The notes under the pieces are model-generated. The model ran no database searches, had not been told where the DNA came from, and saw only the letters and a list, made by a program, of their open reading frames with translations. From contig JAZSJW010000010.1 of NCBI GenBank assembly GCA_045534555.1, forward strand, positions 10,533 to 74,532: a DNA stretch of 64,000 nt. Reading direction: 5' to 3'. Position numbers and translations under genes: made by a program. Shown one piece after another: positions 9,071-20,640 of the stretch; within the stretch, counting starts at the first letter, position 1; every line of letters begins with the position of its first letter. The stretch is from Clostridia bacterium (GTDB taxonomy: Bacteria; Bacillota; Clostridia; Christensenellales; UBA1242).

Positions 9071-9934
9071 TTAATTTTCTTTTTCTTCTTCGTTTAAAAA
9101 TTTGTTTACAGACTTTTTAATTCCTTTTTTCCATTCATCAACAAATTGTTTTCTTTCTGCATTTTGAACTTCTAAAATTTGTTCGAGTTTATTAACTTCT
9201 TCTGCCGTTAAATTCATTTCTGGAGTTATCGAGCCATATTTATTAACTGAATTTTTATGTTTTCTATAATAATCATATTTTCTCATAGTTTCCCAGTTTT
9301 TTCTATGTTCTTCAGATGCGTGCTCGGGTGCACCATGCAAATATATAACTGGCTCAAATTCATGCTCAAAACTTTTTCCAATATATCTATCTAACCACAA
9401 CTCAGAATTTCTTTCAAGACCTTTTTCAATAGCCTCTCTATCCATACCAATTCTTGTTAATGTTAAAACAACACCTGCTCTAAATAATTCTTCAACGTTG
9501 TTAGATGTTAATAAACCAATTTCTCCTGTGCCTTTTGGCATTAACCAACCACTTCCGCCACCATTCATATATTCAATTTGCCACTTAACTATTGCTTGCT
9601 CATAATCACCTCTCATTACTTCAAACAAATGCGATTTTTGAATATATTCTTTTATAACTTCAGCATCAACCATTATACCTTTATCATTAACAAGCCTATC
9701 CTTCATATATTCACTAAGCCAATCATAATCTCTTAAATGGCAAGGTAAACTTCTAATGCTAAAATTTGTTGGTCTTGAAAAACACGAAGAAAGCCACTCT
9801 CCTGTTACTGGGAATAACTCCCCAATTTCCTTATCTAAAATTGTAGGAATTTCTTCTTCTGATGGATAAAGTAAAGTTTTCCATTCACCGTCTTTTCTTT
9901 TTTCTTTCTTTTTAAAAATATCAAATAATCCCAT
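9071..9934 (-). CDS. hypothetical protein
   Basis: 287-aa ORF with no recognisable motif and a charged C-terminal tail. Confidence 0.5.
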   Translation of the reverse strand: MGLFDIFKKKEKRKDGEWKTLLYPSEEEIPTILDKEIGELFPVTGEWLSSCFSRPTNFSIRSLPCHLRDYDWLSEYMKDRLVNDKGIMVDAEVIKEYIQKSHLFEVMRGDYEQAIVKWQIEYMNGGGSGWLMPKGTGEIGLLTSNNVEELFRAGVVLTLTRIGMDREAIEKGLERNSELWLDRYIGKSFEHEFEPVIYLHGAPEHASEEHRKNWETMRKYDYYRKHKNSVNKYGSITPEMNLTAEEVNKLEQILEVQNAERKQFVDEWKKGIKKSVNKFLNEEEKEN

Positions 9935-10192
9935 ATTTTTCTCCTCAATGCTTAAATATTACCACAAAAGCTTCCTTTTTTCAATACTAACAGAAAAAAA
10001 ACCACCGCATCAAACTACAAGTGGTTTTTTTTATTTATTATTTTATTCTGCTTTGTCTATTCATATAACGTGAATAAAGTTTAGATTTGATGCAGTAGCA
10101 AGGCTCGACAAGAATTATTATAGGAGTTTATTAACATAAATGACTATGATAATTCGCAGTCAGAAACGACGCTAATGCGTTAAATATGAACT

Positions 10193-12721
10193 TTATTCTT
10201 GAGGCTCAGTGAAGGTTTCGGTAATCTCAATATCCTCATGAAGATCACCATCATCTGTCATGTCTTCAGCAATATGGTCTGCAACTGCAACACACATTAC
10301 TTTAGCACCATCTTTAAGTCTCATAATCTTAACACCTACAGTATCACGACCAATAATGCTAATATCTTTTGCTGGTGTTCTAATGATAATTCCATTATCC
10401 GCAATCATCATAACATCTTCTTCTTCGCATACTTGTTTTAAGTTAACTAAGCGACCAGTTTTGTTATTAAACACACCTGCTTTAACACCTTTACCTCTAC
10501 GGTTTTGTAATCTATATTCACTTTGTGGTGAACGTTTACCATAACCGTTTTGAGAAATAGTCAAGATATCATAACCTTCTTTTAGAACAATCATATCTAC
10601 AAGATAATCGTCATCAGCAAGGTCAATAGCTTTAACGCCCATAGTATCTCTTCCAAGTGGACGAACATCATTTTCGCTAAACCTAATACATTTACCCTCG
10701 TTAGACGCCACCAAGATATCGTTTTCGCCGCTAGAGAATTGAACACTGATAAGTTCGTCACCCTCGCTAAGAGCAATAGCTATCTTTCCACTCTTTCTAA
10801 TGTTTAGATACTCTTTGATGTTTGTTTTCTTAATCATGCCTGTTTTTGTAGCCATCACTAAGAAGCCATCAGTCTCTTTTGGCATTGGTATAACTGCATT
10901 AATCTTTTCATCTTGGCTAAGCTCAAGTAGATTTACAATAGCTCTACCTTTTGCTTGTTTTTGACCTTCTGGGATTTCATAACCCTTGATTGTATAAACT
11001 TTACCTGCATTACTAAAGAACATAATATCGTCATGAGTGTTTGAAATAAATAAGTTTTCAACGAAATCTTCTTCTTTTGCCTTATGTGCAGTAACACCCA
11101 TTCCACCACGATGTTGGCTCTTATACTCTGCAACTGGAATACGTTTGATATATCCAAAGTGTGTCATTGAAATAACAACATCTTCTTTTTCAATAAGGTC
11201 TGCAATATTAATATCTGAATAATCAAGAGTTATTTCAGATTTTCTTTCTTCTCCATATTTTTCTTTAATTTCTGTAAGTTCATCAACAATGATGTTCTTA
11301 ACTCTTTCATCACTAGCAAGTATTCCTCTCAAATCAATGATTGTTTTAGTAAGTTCTTCAAGTTCTGCTTCAAGTTTTTCAACTTCTAGGCCTGTTAATC
11401 TTTGAAGCCTCATATCGAGTATTGCATTAGATTGCTTATCTGAAAGAAGAAAACTCTCTTGCAATTTTTCATTTGCTTCTTGTCTATCTTTAGACGCTTT
11501 AATAATCTTAATAACTTCATCAATATTTGCAAGAGCAACAACTAAACCTTTAACTATATGTTCTCTTTCTTCAGCACGAGCTAAATCATATTTGGTTCTT
11601 CTAACTACAACATCAACTTGATGGTCAATATAACAACCAAGTATTTGTTTTAAGCCCATTACTTTTGGAACACCTTTATCAAGAGCTAAGAAAATCATAC
11701 CATAAGAGGTTTGAAGAGCTGTGTGTTTAAATAAGAAATTTAAAACAACTTGAGGTTGATAGTCTTTCTTAACTTCAACAACAATTCTCATACCACCACG
11801 ACCAGACTCATCACGGATATCAGATATTCCCTCAATCTTTTTATTCTTAACATGGTCTGCCATAGTCATTAATAGCTCTGACTTATTAACCTGATAAGGA
11901 ATTTCAGTAATAATAATTCTGGCTTTATTGCCATCATCTTCAATTTCTGTTCTTGCACGAACAACAACATTACCACGACCTGTTGCATATGCATTTGCAA
12001 CATTAGCTGTTCCTAAAATTAAACCACCTGTTGGATAATCTGGTGCCGGAACAATTTTAATAAGTTCTTCTGTTGTTATATCCGGGTTATGAATTTGAGC
12101 AATTGTTGCATCAATAACTTCAGAAAGGTTATGTGGAGGAATGTTTGTTGCCATACCAACCGCAATACCGTCTGAACCATTAACTAAAAGGTTTGGAAAT
12201 CTTGCAGGAAGAACTGTTGGTTGCTGACGAGTATCGTCAAAGTTAGGAACAAAATCAACAGTGTTTTTATCAATATCTCTTAAAAGTTCACCCGCAATTC
12301 TTGAAAGACGAGCTTCTGTATAACGATAAGCAGCAGCCCCATCACCATCGACAGAACCAAAGTTTCCGTGACCATCAATTAATGGGCAACGAATAGAGAA
12401 GTCTTGTGCTAAACGAACTAACGCACCGTAAACCGCACTATCTCCGTGAGGGTGATATCTACCTAAAACATCACCGACAGTTGTAGCACATTTTCTGAAT
12501 GGTTTTTCATGTGTTAAACCGTTTTCATGCATAGAGTAAAGTATTCTTCTATGCACTGGTTTCATACCGTCTCTAACATCTGGAATAGCACGTGATACGT
12601 TAACCGCCATCGCATATTCCATAAACGACTTTTTCATTTCATGTTCAATTTCAACAGGGATAAACTTTGTGTTATCAACTATTTGTTCATGTTCTTTACT
12701 AAAATCATGTTTTTTTGCCAT
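10193..12721 (-). CDS. gyrA: DNA gyrase subunit A
   Basis: 842 aa. Active-site region [15 protein letters not shown]-like [10 protein letters not shown]-terminal repeat domain and acidic tail. Immediately downstream of gyrB. Confidence 0.97.
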   Translation of the reverse strand: MAKKHDFSKEHEQIVDNTKFIPVEIEHEMKKSFMEYAMAVNVSRAIPDVRDGMKPVHRRILYSMHENGLTHEKPFRKCATTVGDVLGRYHPHGDSAVYGALVRLAQDFSIRCPLIDGHGNFGSVDGDGAAAYRYTEARLSRIAGELLRDIDKNTVDFVPNFDDTRQQPTVLPARFPNLLVNGSDGIAVGMATNIPPHNLSEVIDATIAQIHNPDITTEELIKIVPAPDYPTGGLILGTANVANAYATGRGNVVVRARTEIEDDGNKARIIITEIPYQVNKSELLMTMADHVKNKKIEGISDIRDESGRGGMRIVVEVKKDYQPQVVLNFLFKHTALQTSYGMIFLALDKGVPKVMGLKQILGCYIDHQVDVVVRRTKYDLARAEEREHIVKGLVVALANIDEVIKIIKASKDRQEANEKLQESFLLSDKQSNAILDMRLQRLTGLEVEKLEAELEELTKTIIDLRGILASDERVKNIIVDELTEIKEKYGEERKSEITLDYSDINIADLIEKEDVVISMTHFGYIKRIPVAEYKSQHRGGMGVTAHKAKEEDFVENLFISNTHDDIMFFSNAGKVYTIKGYEIPEGQKQAKGRAIVNLLELSQDEKINAVIPMPKETDGFLVMATKTGMIKKTNIKEYLNIRKSGKIAIALSEGDELISVQFSSGENDILVASNEGKCIRFSENDVRPLGRDTMGVKAIDLADDDYLVDMIVLKEGYDILTISQNGYGKRSPQSEYRLQNRRGKGVKAGVFNNKTGRLVNLKQVCEEEDVMMIADNGIIIRTPAKDISIIGRDTVGVKIMRLKDGAKVMCVAVADHIAEDMTDDGDLHEDIEITETFTEPQE

Positions 12722-12734
12722 TTTCTATCCCTCC

Positions 12735-14672
<1,938 letters not shown>

Positions 14673-14807
14673 TTATACACTACTACCTTGAATTATACCA
14701 AATTTCAGTCCTAATTTGCAAGCATTTTATAAAGATAATATATAATTATTTATATTATATATAATTAATATACGCACGCGCGTGTAAGATTATTTTTCTG
14801 ATGGGTA

Positions 14808-14836
14808 TTGACTTTAAGTTTCTTGTGTTATAAAAT
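14808..14836 (+). promoter_or_regulatory. sigma-70-type promoter candidate for paralogue A
   Basis: TTGACT (14808-14813), a 17-nt spacer, then TAAAAT (14831-14836), about 30 nt upstream of ATG 14867. Confidence 0.35.
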
Positions 14837-14866
14837 TATTTTACAAATTAATTTAGGAGCACTTAA

Positions 14867-16315
14867 ATGAGCAAAATTGAAGAAATTGGAATTGAAAATA
14901 TTATTAAAGCGATGAACGAACACTACAAAAAATTTGGTAGAGATGAGAAATTTATTAGAATGGAAGATGTTGTAATAAACAGCAACGAACCAAAATATAT
15001 TTATGACATTTCTAATGCCGTAAATGGCATTGATATGGATAAATTTTCAAAGTCTATGTCTAAGTATTTTAATATTTGGAGTTCAAGTTATGATTATTTC
15101 GAATTTGTTGAAAAATTTCTAGCGTTAGAAAATGCCAATCACTCCTATTTTGTTCCCGAAGTATTAATCACTCATAGTGCAGAAAAACTCGCTTTCGCAG
15201 TTAATAATATTAAAGGGGTTGATATTGACTATATAGTTTCTCGAGAAATAGAAAATAAAAATCCACAAATTCTTTATTATCTTGCGCGCGAATTGCCCGA
15301 AAAAAGACAAGAACTAGCTAATGCTTTTTTAGAAATAGACAGCAACAGATCTAGCATTTATGATTCTTTTGTTGAATATTTTGCACATTTTGCAAAACTT
15401 GAAAATATCGATATAAAACCTTTTGAAGATAAATTTTACTATACAGTTGAAAACAGACCAGAGCTTGACCACGCTGAATTTGTTAAAAAATTAGCAAGCT
15501 TAAAAGAAATTGATATAGACAGACTTTCTAACTTTTGTCTATCAAGAAAAGCTTGTGAAAAAATTGCACTTTTGAATAGTCTTTATTGGTTTGACCAAAC
15601 AATAGTAAGCAATAATGGTTTAAAAGAAAAACTTTTGCTTTCAATATTTTCAAAACCGCTTTGCCAATATGATTATAAATACCTTTATCTTAATTTCTCA
15701 AATATTGAATTTTTAATTAACAAAGCATTAAAAAATCCTTGCGAAGAAAGTTGTACTATTGCAAGCAACTTAATTGAAATTTATAATAGCAAGTTAGCTA
15801 CAACTCAAAAGAGTTCATTAAAAGATTTAATTATTAATAACTCTCAAAACCCATTAAATCTTCTAACTTGTGCAAAATTTATTCCAGAATTTCAAACAGA
15901 ATATGAAGACACAATAATTAATCTTATGAGAAACAACCCACAAAGCGAGAAAACATTCCATTCATTTGTTGAAATTTCAAGGCTTAGCAAACATCAAGAT
16001 AAAATGGTTGATAGTATGCTTGAAATGGTTAACGAAGGACTGAGCATTTATACTCTTTTAGCATTAGCATCAAACGTTAAAACAGACACTTCAAAAATAT
16101 CAAAAAGCCTTGCTAAAAATGGAACTTATATCCAAATTTGTGATTGGCTAACATATTACAAACACAAACAATCGGATATTGATTATATCTATAAAAACGC
16201 AAGTACAAAATGGTCCCAAGAAGAAAAAGAAAGATTTAAAAGCAAATTCCAAGTCACCCCTGAAGACGAACAACAAAGTCCACTTGATGACATTTTCTCA
16301 GATTTAGCAAAATAA
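14867..16315 (+). CDS. hypothetical helical protein, tandem paralogue A
   Basis: 482 aa, collinear with the next gene over its full length. Shared blocks include MxKIEEIGIENIIKAMNEHYKKFGRD, AVNNIKGxDIDYI, LPEKRxELA, FEDxFYY, NPCxESC and QDKMxDxxxEMVN. Confidence 0.55.
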   Translation: MSKIEEIGIENIIKAMNEHYKKFGRDEKFIRMEDVVINSNEPKYIYDISNAVNGIDMDKFSKSMSKYFNIWSSSYDYFEFVEKFLALENANHSYFVPEVLITHSAEKLAFAVNNIKGVDIDYIVSREIENKNPQILYYLARELPEKRQELANAFLEIDSNRSSIYDSFVEYFAHFAKLENIDIKPFEDKFYYTVENRPELDHAEFVKKLASLKEIDIDRLSNFCLSRKACEKIALLNSLYWFDQTIVSNNGLKEKLLLSIFSKPLCQYDYKYLYLNFSNIEFLINKALKNPCEESCTIASNLIEIYNSKLATTQKSSLKDLIINNSQNPLNLLTCAKFIPEFQTEYEDTIINLMRNNPQSEKTFHSFVEISRLSKHQDKMVDSMLEMVNEGLSIYTLLALASNVKTDTSKISKSLAKNGTYIQICDWLTYYKHKQSDIDYIYKNASTKWSQEEKERFKSKFQVTPEDEQQSPLDDIFSDLAK

Positions 16316-16350
16316 ACATTTTATTATAAATTTATTATTAGGAGACAATT

Positions 16351-17835
16351 ATGACAAAAATTGAAGAAATTGGAATTGAAAACATTATTAAAGCGATGAA
16401 CGAACACTACAAAAAATTTGGTAGAGATAAAAAGTTTGAACAAATGGAACAACAAATAATCAAACTTGGCGAAATTAAAGATTGGTATGAAATCTGCAAA
16501 AATGTTAAAGGAATAGATATCGATTATTTTTCGCGAATACTTGCAACAGAATACAATAAACACGAGTTTCTTTCTAAAGAGTTTGGATATATTCAAAACT
16601 TTTTAGAGTTAAAAAATGTCAATCATTCATATTTTGTTAACCCAGCAGCACTATCTATAGATTCAAGCAAACTTGCTTGGGCGGTTAACAACATTAAAGG
16701 AATAGACATTGACTATATTATTGAAAAAGCAATTAAAAAACAATTTTCTAGAACTCTTTTCAACCTTGCCGAAGCCCTTCCTGAAAAAAGAAAAGAACTA
16801 GCAGAGACTTATTTAAGCATGAACGTTCATAGATTTGACAATAATTATTTTAACTTTGTTGATGTTTTCGCTGATTTTGCCAAACTTGAAGGATTAAACC
16901 CTAAAGAGTTTGAAGATAGATTTTACTATCTAGTTAACGGAGATTCACAATTTGCTGAACACAGCAAATTTATTGGAACCTTAATGCAAATAAAAGAAAT
17001 AGACTGCGAAAAACTGGCTAACTGGGCTTTAAGAAGAAAACCAATTGAAATGATAAGAGTTTTAAACGGTTTATACTTAACAAGAGCTAATATTACCAAA
17101 GATAATAAAGAATATTATGCTAAACGTCTTCTTGACAACCTATTTTCTAAACCTTTAAAAGAAAACGACTACAGAGAACTTCACTTTTACTCTGAACATT
17201 TGGATTATCTTGTTAGAAAAGCAACCTCTAACCCTTGTAAAGAAAGTTGCATAACTGCAATCAACTTGTTTGAAGTTTATGATCGTAGGCTTCATAGCAA
17301 CGACAAAAGAAGATTAAAAGATTTAATTGTTCAAAACAGCATAAACCCACACACTGTTTATAAACTTTCAAAATTTATGCCAGAGGCTCAAGAAGAATGT
17401 GAAGATGCAATCATTAGATTAATGCAAGAACAACAAGCAAACCCTGCAGAATTAATGCATTGTTATATTGAAATTACAAAACAAAGCAAAAATCAGGATA
17501 AAATGCTAGACGCACTAATTGAAATGGTTAACCACCTTAAACACAATACAACAGCACTTAACGTTTACTATTCAAACATCGAAAGTGCAGACGTTAATAA
17601 AATAACAGAATGTATGGCTAAACATGATAGTTTAACAAACATCTATTCTTGGCTTTCAAATTTTAGAGGTAAACAACAAAAAGAGCTTGCACGAACCGCA
17701 TACTTTAGCGGAAGAGATTTATGGGAGCTAGAAGAAATTTCACAATTTAAGCACGACTTTAATATTAAATCCCCAGCTAAAGAAATTGATGAAGAAAGCC
17801 CTCTAGATACAATTTTAGAAGAACTTAATAAATAA
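16351..17835 (+). CDS. hypothetical helical protein, tandem paralogue B
   Basis: 494 aa. See paralogue A. Its own RBS (TAGGAG) lies 35 nt after the stop of A. Confidence 0.55.
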   Translation: MTKIEEIGIENIIKAMNEHYKKFGRDKKFEQMEQQIIKLGEIKDWYEICKNVKGIDIDYFSRILATEYNKHEFLSKEFGYIQNFLELKNVNHSYFVNPAALSIDSSKLAWAVNNIKGIDIDYIIEKAIKKQFSRTLFNLAEALPEKRKELAETYLSMNVHRFDNNYFNFVDVFADFAKLEGLNPKEFEDRFYYLVNGDSQFAEHSKFIGTLMQIKEIDCEKLANWALRRKPIEMIRVLNGLYLTRANITKDNKEYYAKRLLDNLFSKPLKENDYRELHFYSEHLDYLVRKATSNPCKESCITAINLFEVYDRRLHSNDKRRLKDLIVQNSINPHTVYKLSKFMPEAQEECEDAIIRLMQEQQANPAELMHCYIEITKQSKNQDKMLDALIEMVNHLKHNTTALNVYYSNIESADVNKITECMAKHDSLTNIYSWLSNFRGKQQKELARTAYFSGRDLWELEEISQFKHDFNIKSPAKEIDEESPLDTILEELNK

Positions 17836-17846
17836 AAAGAAAAAAA

Positions 17847-17876
17847 AGAGAGATTTACTCAATCTCTCTTTTTTCT
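17847..17876. terminator. bidirectional intrinsic terminator
   Basis: Stem AGAGAGAT (17847-17854) / ATCTCTCT (17862-17869) with flanking A- and T-runs. It overlaps the stop codon of the minus-strand 516-aa gene. Confidence 0.6.
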
Positions 17877-19405
17877 TGTTCTCTTTCCCTTCTTAAAGCT
17901 TCTCTTTTAAAGCAATTTTTTGCTTTTTCGTTAAACACCATATCGGCTTCTAAGACACATTTATCCACAATTCTTTCAAGTTGCTTTTTTATAAACTTAT
18001 CACTAGCACCTTGTTTTTGATATATGCTTTCCAAAACTTTTTTTACTTTTGGTAATGATAAAGCTTTCGCGTTTCCCCTATTTAAAACCGACTTTAAAAT
18101 TCCGATTGATTTAATACAAATATAGGCATTTTCAATGTCCTCATCTAGCAAATCGGTTTCAGCATTTGATACTGATTTTAGTGCCGAAATATAACTATCA
18201 ATTTTAAAAGAATTAACACCATACTCAACAGCCATGTTATCGAAAGTTTCTTTCCTTTGTTTATAACTTTCAAAGCCTTGCCTACTTATTTGCAATATAT
18301 CCTCATCAATTTTATCCTGCATAAATTCCGCAATCAAAAAACTCAAAGTGCTTTCTTGCGGCATACCAACTGCATCTTGATAAACATTTCTTTTTATCCC
18401 CTCGTCTTTTAACCAACGCTTTAACAATTCACAAGCTTTTTGTTTCTTTACAAAAAAATTATTATTGTTAACTTCTTGCTCTATTTCTTCAAACTTAGAT
18501 GACAACCCTAAATCACTAAAAGCACTTCTGCATGTAGAAACATCTAAAAGCATATCTTCTATTAAAAGATTTTTATCTTCATCATCGTAAAGTGCATTTA
18601 AACCCCTTTCATAAACTACAAGTTTTTCATTTTTTAAACAATCTTTATCTTTAAGCGGTAAAAACGCAAACAAATAACTTAAATATGGTTCTTCTTTCTC
18701 ATCAGCAACGTCCCATGTTACATCAGAATAGCCATAACCTTTTACACCGTATTTTTTATCATCAAGATAAACTAAAACGTTAGAGTGCGTTCCAAGATGT
18801 TCGCCATCTCTTTTATAAGAATCTAGTATTTGAACAACACTTTCAATTCCCAACTTTTCATGTAAATATGTTTCTAATTTTGCATAGCCATAACAAACAA
18901 CATTATCACCAGTTAGAACATTTATTAAAGAGCGAGACTTTCTCTTTTCTTGTTCATTCTCTTTATATTTAATACTTGCTATATAGCCATGAATTAAATA
19001 ATGTGTTTCAAGCGGAGATAAATCCAAACTTTTTACAGCATCAATAAATTTTTCCGCATTAAAAAAAGCATCAACACTCTCTTCAACAGAATACTCTTGA
19101 GAAATATCATAAAAATTTACATCAACACCGATATTCTTCATATCAACTGAAAAATCTACAATTAAAGCATAGTCTTTTTCATCAAGTCTTAAATCTTTAG
19201 TATCTATATGCACAAATGGTGAATAATTAAAATGTTTTATCTTTGCTATAAGGGCAAACAATTTATCCATTGTTTCATGATTATATTTATCCAAGCTGAC
19301 GTATATATCATAATTTTCGCCAGAACCCTCATCAATATTACGTTCTTTTATGATTTTCTGCAAATCTGCCATCGAACCTATTGTACAAAAGTTATTTCTG
19401 CCCAT
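17855..19405 (-). CDS. hypothetical protein with transglutaminase-like (papain-fold) Cys-His-Asp core
   Basis: The central segment VVCYGYAKLETYLHEKLGIESV ... GTHSNVLVYLDD ... YSDVTWD matches the order and spacing of the transglutaminase-core C / H / D motifs. The start (AGGTGG RBS) overlaps the recF stop by 14 nt. Confidence 0.45.
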   Translation of the reverse strand: MGRNNFCTIGSMADLQKIIKERNIDEGSGENYDIYVSLDKYNHETMDKLFALIAKIKHFNYSPFVHIDTKDLRLDEKDYALIVDFSVDMKNIGVDVNFYDISQEYSVEESVDAFFNAEKFIDAVKSLDLSPLETHYLIHGYIASIKYKENEQEKRKSRSLINVLTGDNVVCYGYAKLETYLHEKLGIESVVQILDSYKRDGEHLGTHSNVLVYLDDKKYGVKGYGYSDVTWDVADEKEEPYLSYLFAFLPLKDKDCLKNEKLVVYERGLNALYDDEDKNLLIEDMLLDVSTCRSAFSDLGLSSKFEEIEQEVNNNNFFVKKQKACELLKRWLKDEGIKRNVYQDAVGMPQESTLSFLIAEFMQDKIDEDILQISRQGFESYKQRKETFDNMAVEYGVNSFKIDSYISALKSVSNAETDLLDEDIENAYICIKSIGILKSVLNRGNAKALSLPKVKKVLESIYQKQGASDKFIKKQLERIVDKCVLEADMVFNEKAKNCFKREALRREREQEKREIE

Positions 19406-20516
19406 TATCCGCCACCTTCTTTTTCTTTTCTGCTAAAGCCCCATTTTTAATAACAATTTGCTTATATTCTGTTGCAGGTTTAAACTTGAACGTTGTTCCT
19501 GTTATAATAGTTTGATAATCACTCATTCTTTCATAGAGTTTTCTTTGCCTTGTTGTGTCAAGTTCTGAAAAGACATCATCAAGGACTAAGATTGGGCTTT
19601 CACCCATCTCATTCTTAAAAATTTCCATTTCTGCTAATTTTAAGGCAAGCACAATGCTTCTTTGTTGCCCTTGTGAAGAAAAACTTCTAGCATCTTTACC
19701 ATTTAAACCAAAATAAATATCATCACGATGCGGACCAATTGTCGTATATCCAAGTTCAATATCTCTATCTAGGTTATACTCAAGACCTTTTAAAAGTTCT
19801 TGTTTGATTTCTTCTGCGGTTTGCCCTTTTGCCCCAACATATTCCACCTCTAAAACATCTTTAGCTGAAGAAATATATTGCATAGCTTCTTTAGCGGGGC
19901 CTTTTAATTTTTCTATAAATCCCTTTCTCGTTTTTACAATCAATGCAGCACAAGAAGCAAGTTGTTCATTCCACACCGCAAGCTGACTTAAAAGAAGCCC
20001 TCTATCTCTTTCTGTTTTTAACAATTTATTTCTTTGCATTAAAATTTTATTATATCTTTGAAGCAAGTTATAATAAGCACCAGAAAGTTGAGAAATATCA
20101 GTGTCCATAAAATCTCTTCTTTCCGCCGGAGAATGTGACACAATTTCTAAATCATTTGGGCAAAAATATATTACAACAATATTACCAAATATATCTCCTA
20201 GTTTAGAAACTTCATTACTATTTACACTAAATTTTTTCTCACCTTTACTATTTAAGGAAAAAGAAATTTTTACTTCACCATAGTTTCTTTCAACTAAAAC
20301 ATCAGCAAAAGCATTTTGCTTTCCATCTTTTATTAAATCTTGCAGATTGCTCGTTCTTGGACTTTTTGCAGTAGAAGCTAAAACTAAACTTTCCACCAAA
20401 TTTGTCTTACCCTGAGCATTTGCCCCCGCAATCAAAGAAATGCCCTTAGAAAAATCAACAAGGACATCATCATAATTTCTGAAATTTGTTAGCCTAACCT
20501 TTTTTATATACATCAT
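19392..20516 (-). CDS. recF: DNA replication and repair protein RecF
   Basis: VRLTNFRNY, Walker A GANAQGKTNLVES, signature SQGQQRS and Walker B LVLDDVFSELD. The ORF-track start 20549 adds about 11 residues, and the usual RecF N-terminus corresponds to Met 20516/20513. Confidence 0.9.
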   Translation of the reverse strand: MMYIKKVRLTNFRNYDDVLVDFSKGISLIAGANAQGKTNLVESLVLASTAKSPRTSNLQDLIKDGKQNAFADVLVERNYGEVKISFSLNSKGEKKFSVNSNEVSKLGDIFGNIVVIYFCPNDLEIVSHSPAERRDFMDTDISQLSGAYYNLLQRYNKILMQRNKLLKTERDRGLLLSQLAVWNEQLASCAALIVKTRKGFIEKLKGPAKEAMQYISSAKDVLEVEYVGAKGQTAEEIKQELLKGLEYNLDRDIELGYTTIGPHRDDIYFGLNGKDARSFSSQGQQRSIVLALKLAEMEIFKNEMGESPILVLDDVFSELDTTRQRKLYERMSDYQTIITGTTFKFKPATEYKQIVIKNGALAEKKKKVADNGQK

Positions 20517-20640
20517 TTTTATTATACTTTTTAATGCGTTTTTTATCAAGTAAAAAGATAAAAATACTTTATTAAAATTAACTTGTTTTTTTTAGAAAGT
20601 TATAATATAATGTTTTCTAGATTAATAAAGCGAGGACAAA

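Noticed and set aside
10040-10192. Slightly GC-richer non-coding stretch downstream of gyrA (GCAGTAGCAAGGCTCGACAAG ... CGCAGTCAGAAACGACGCTAATGCG), considered as a possible small RNA.
   Set aside because: I could not find a convincing stem-loop set, promoter or terminator, and only 4-5-bp pairings are present. This is left unannotated.
17961-17969. Perfect DnaA-box nonamer TTATCCACA. Two more perfect copies lie at 31049..31057 and 56375..56383.
   Set aside because: Each is isolated and lies inside a coding region, far from dnaA. Single occurrences are expected by chance in an AT-rich genome, and there is no clustering that would indicate oriC.
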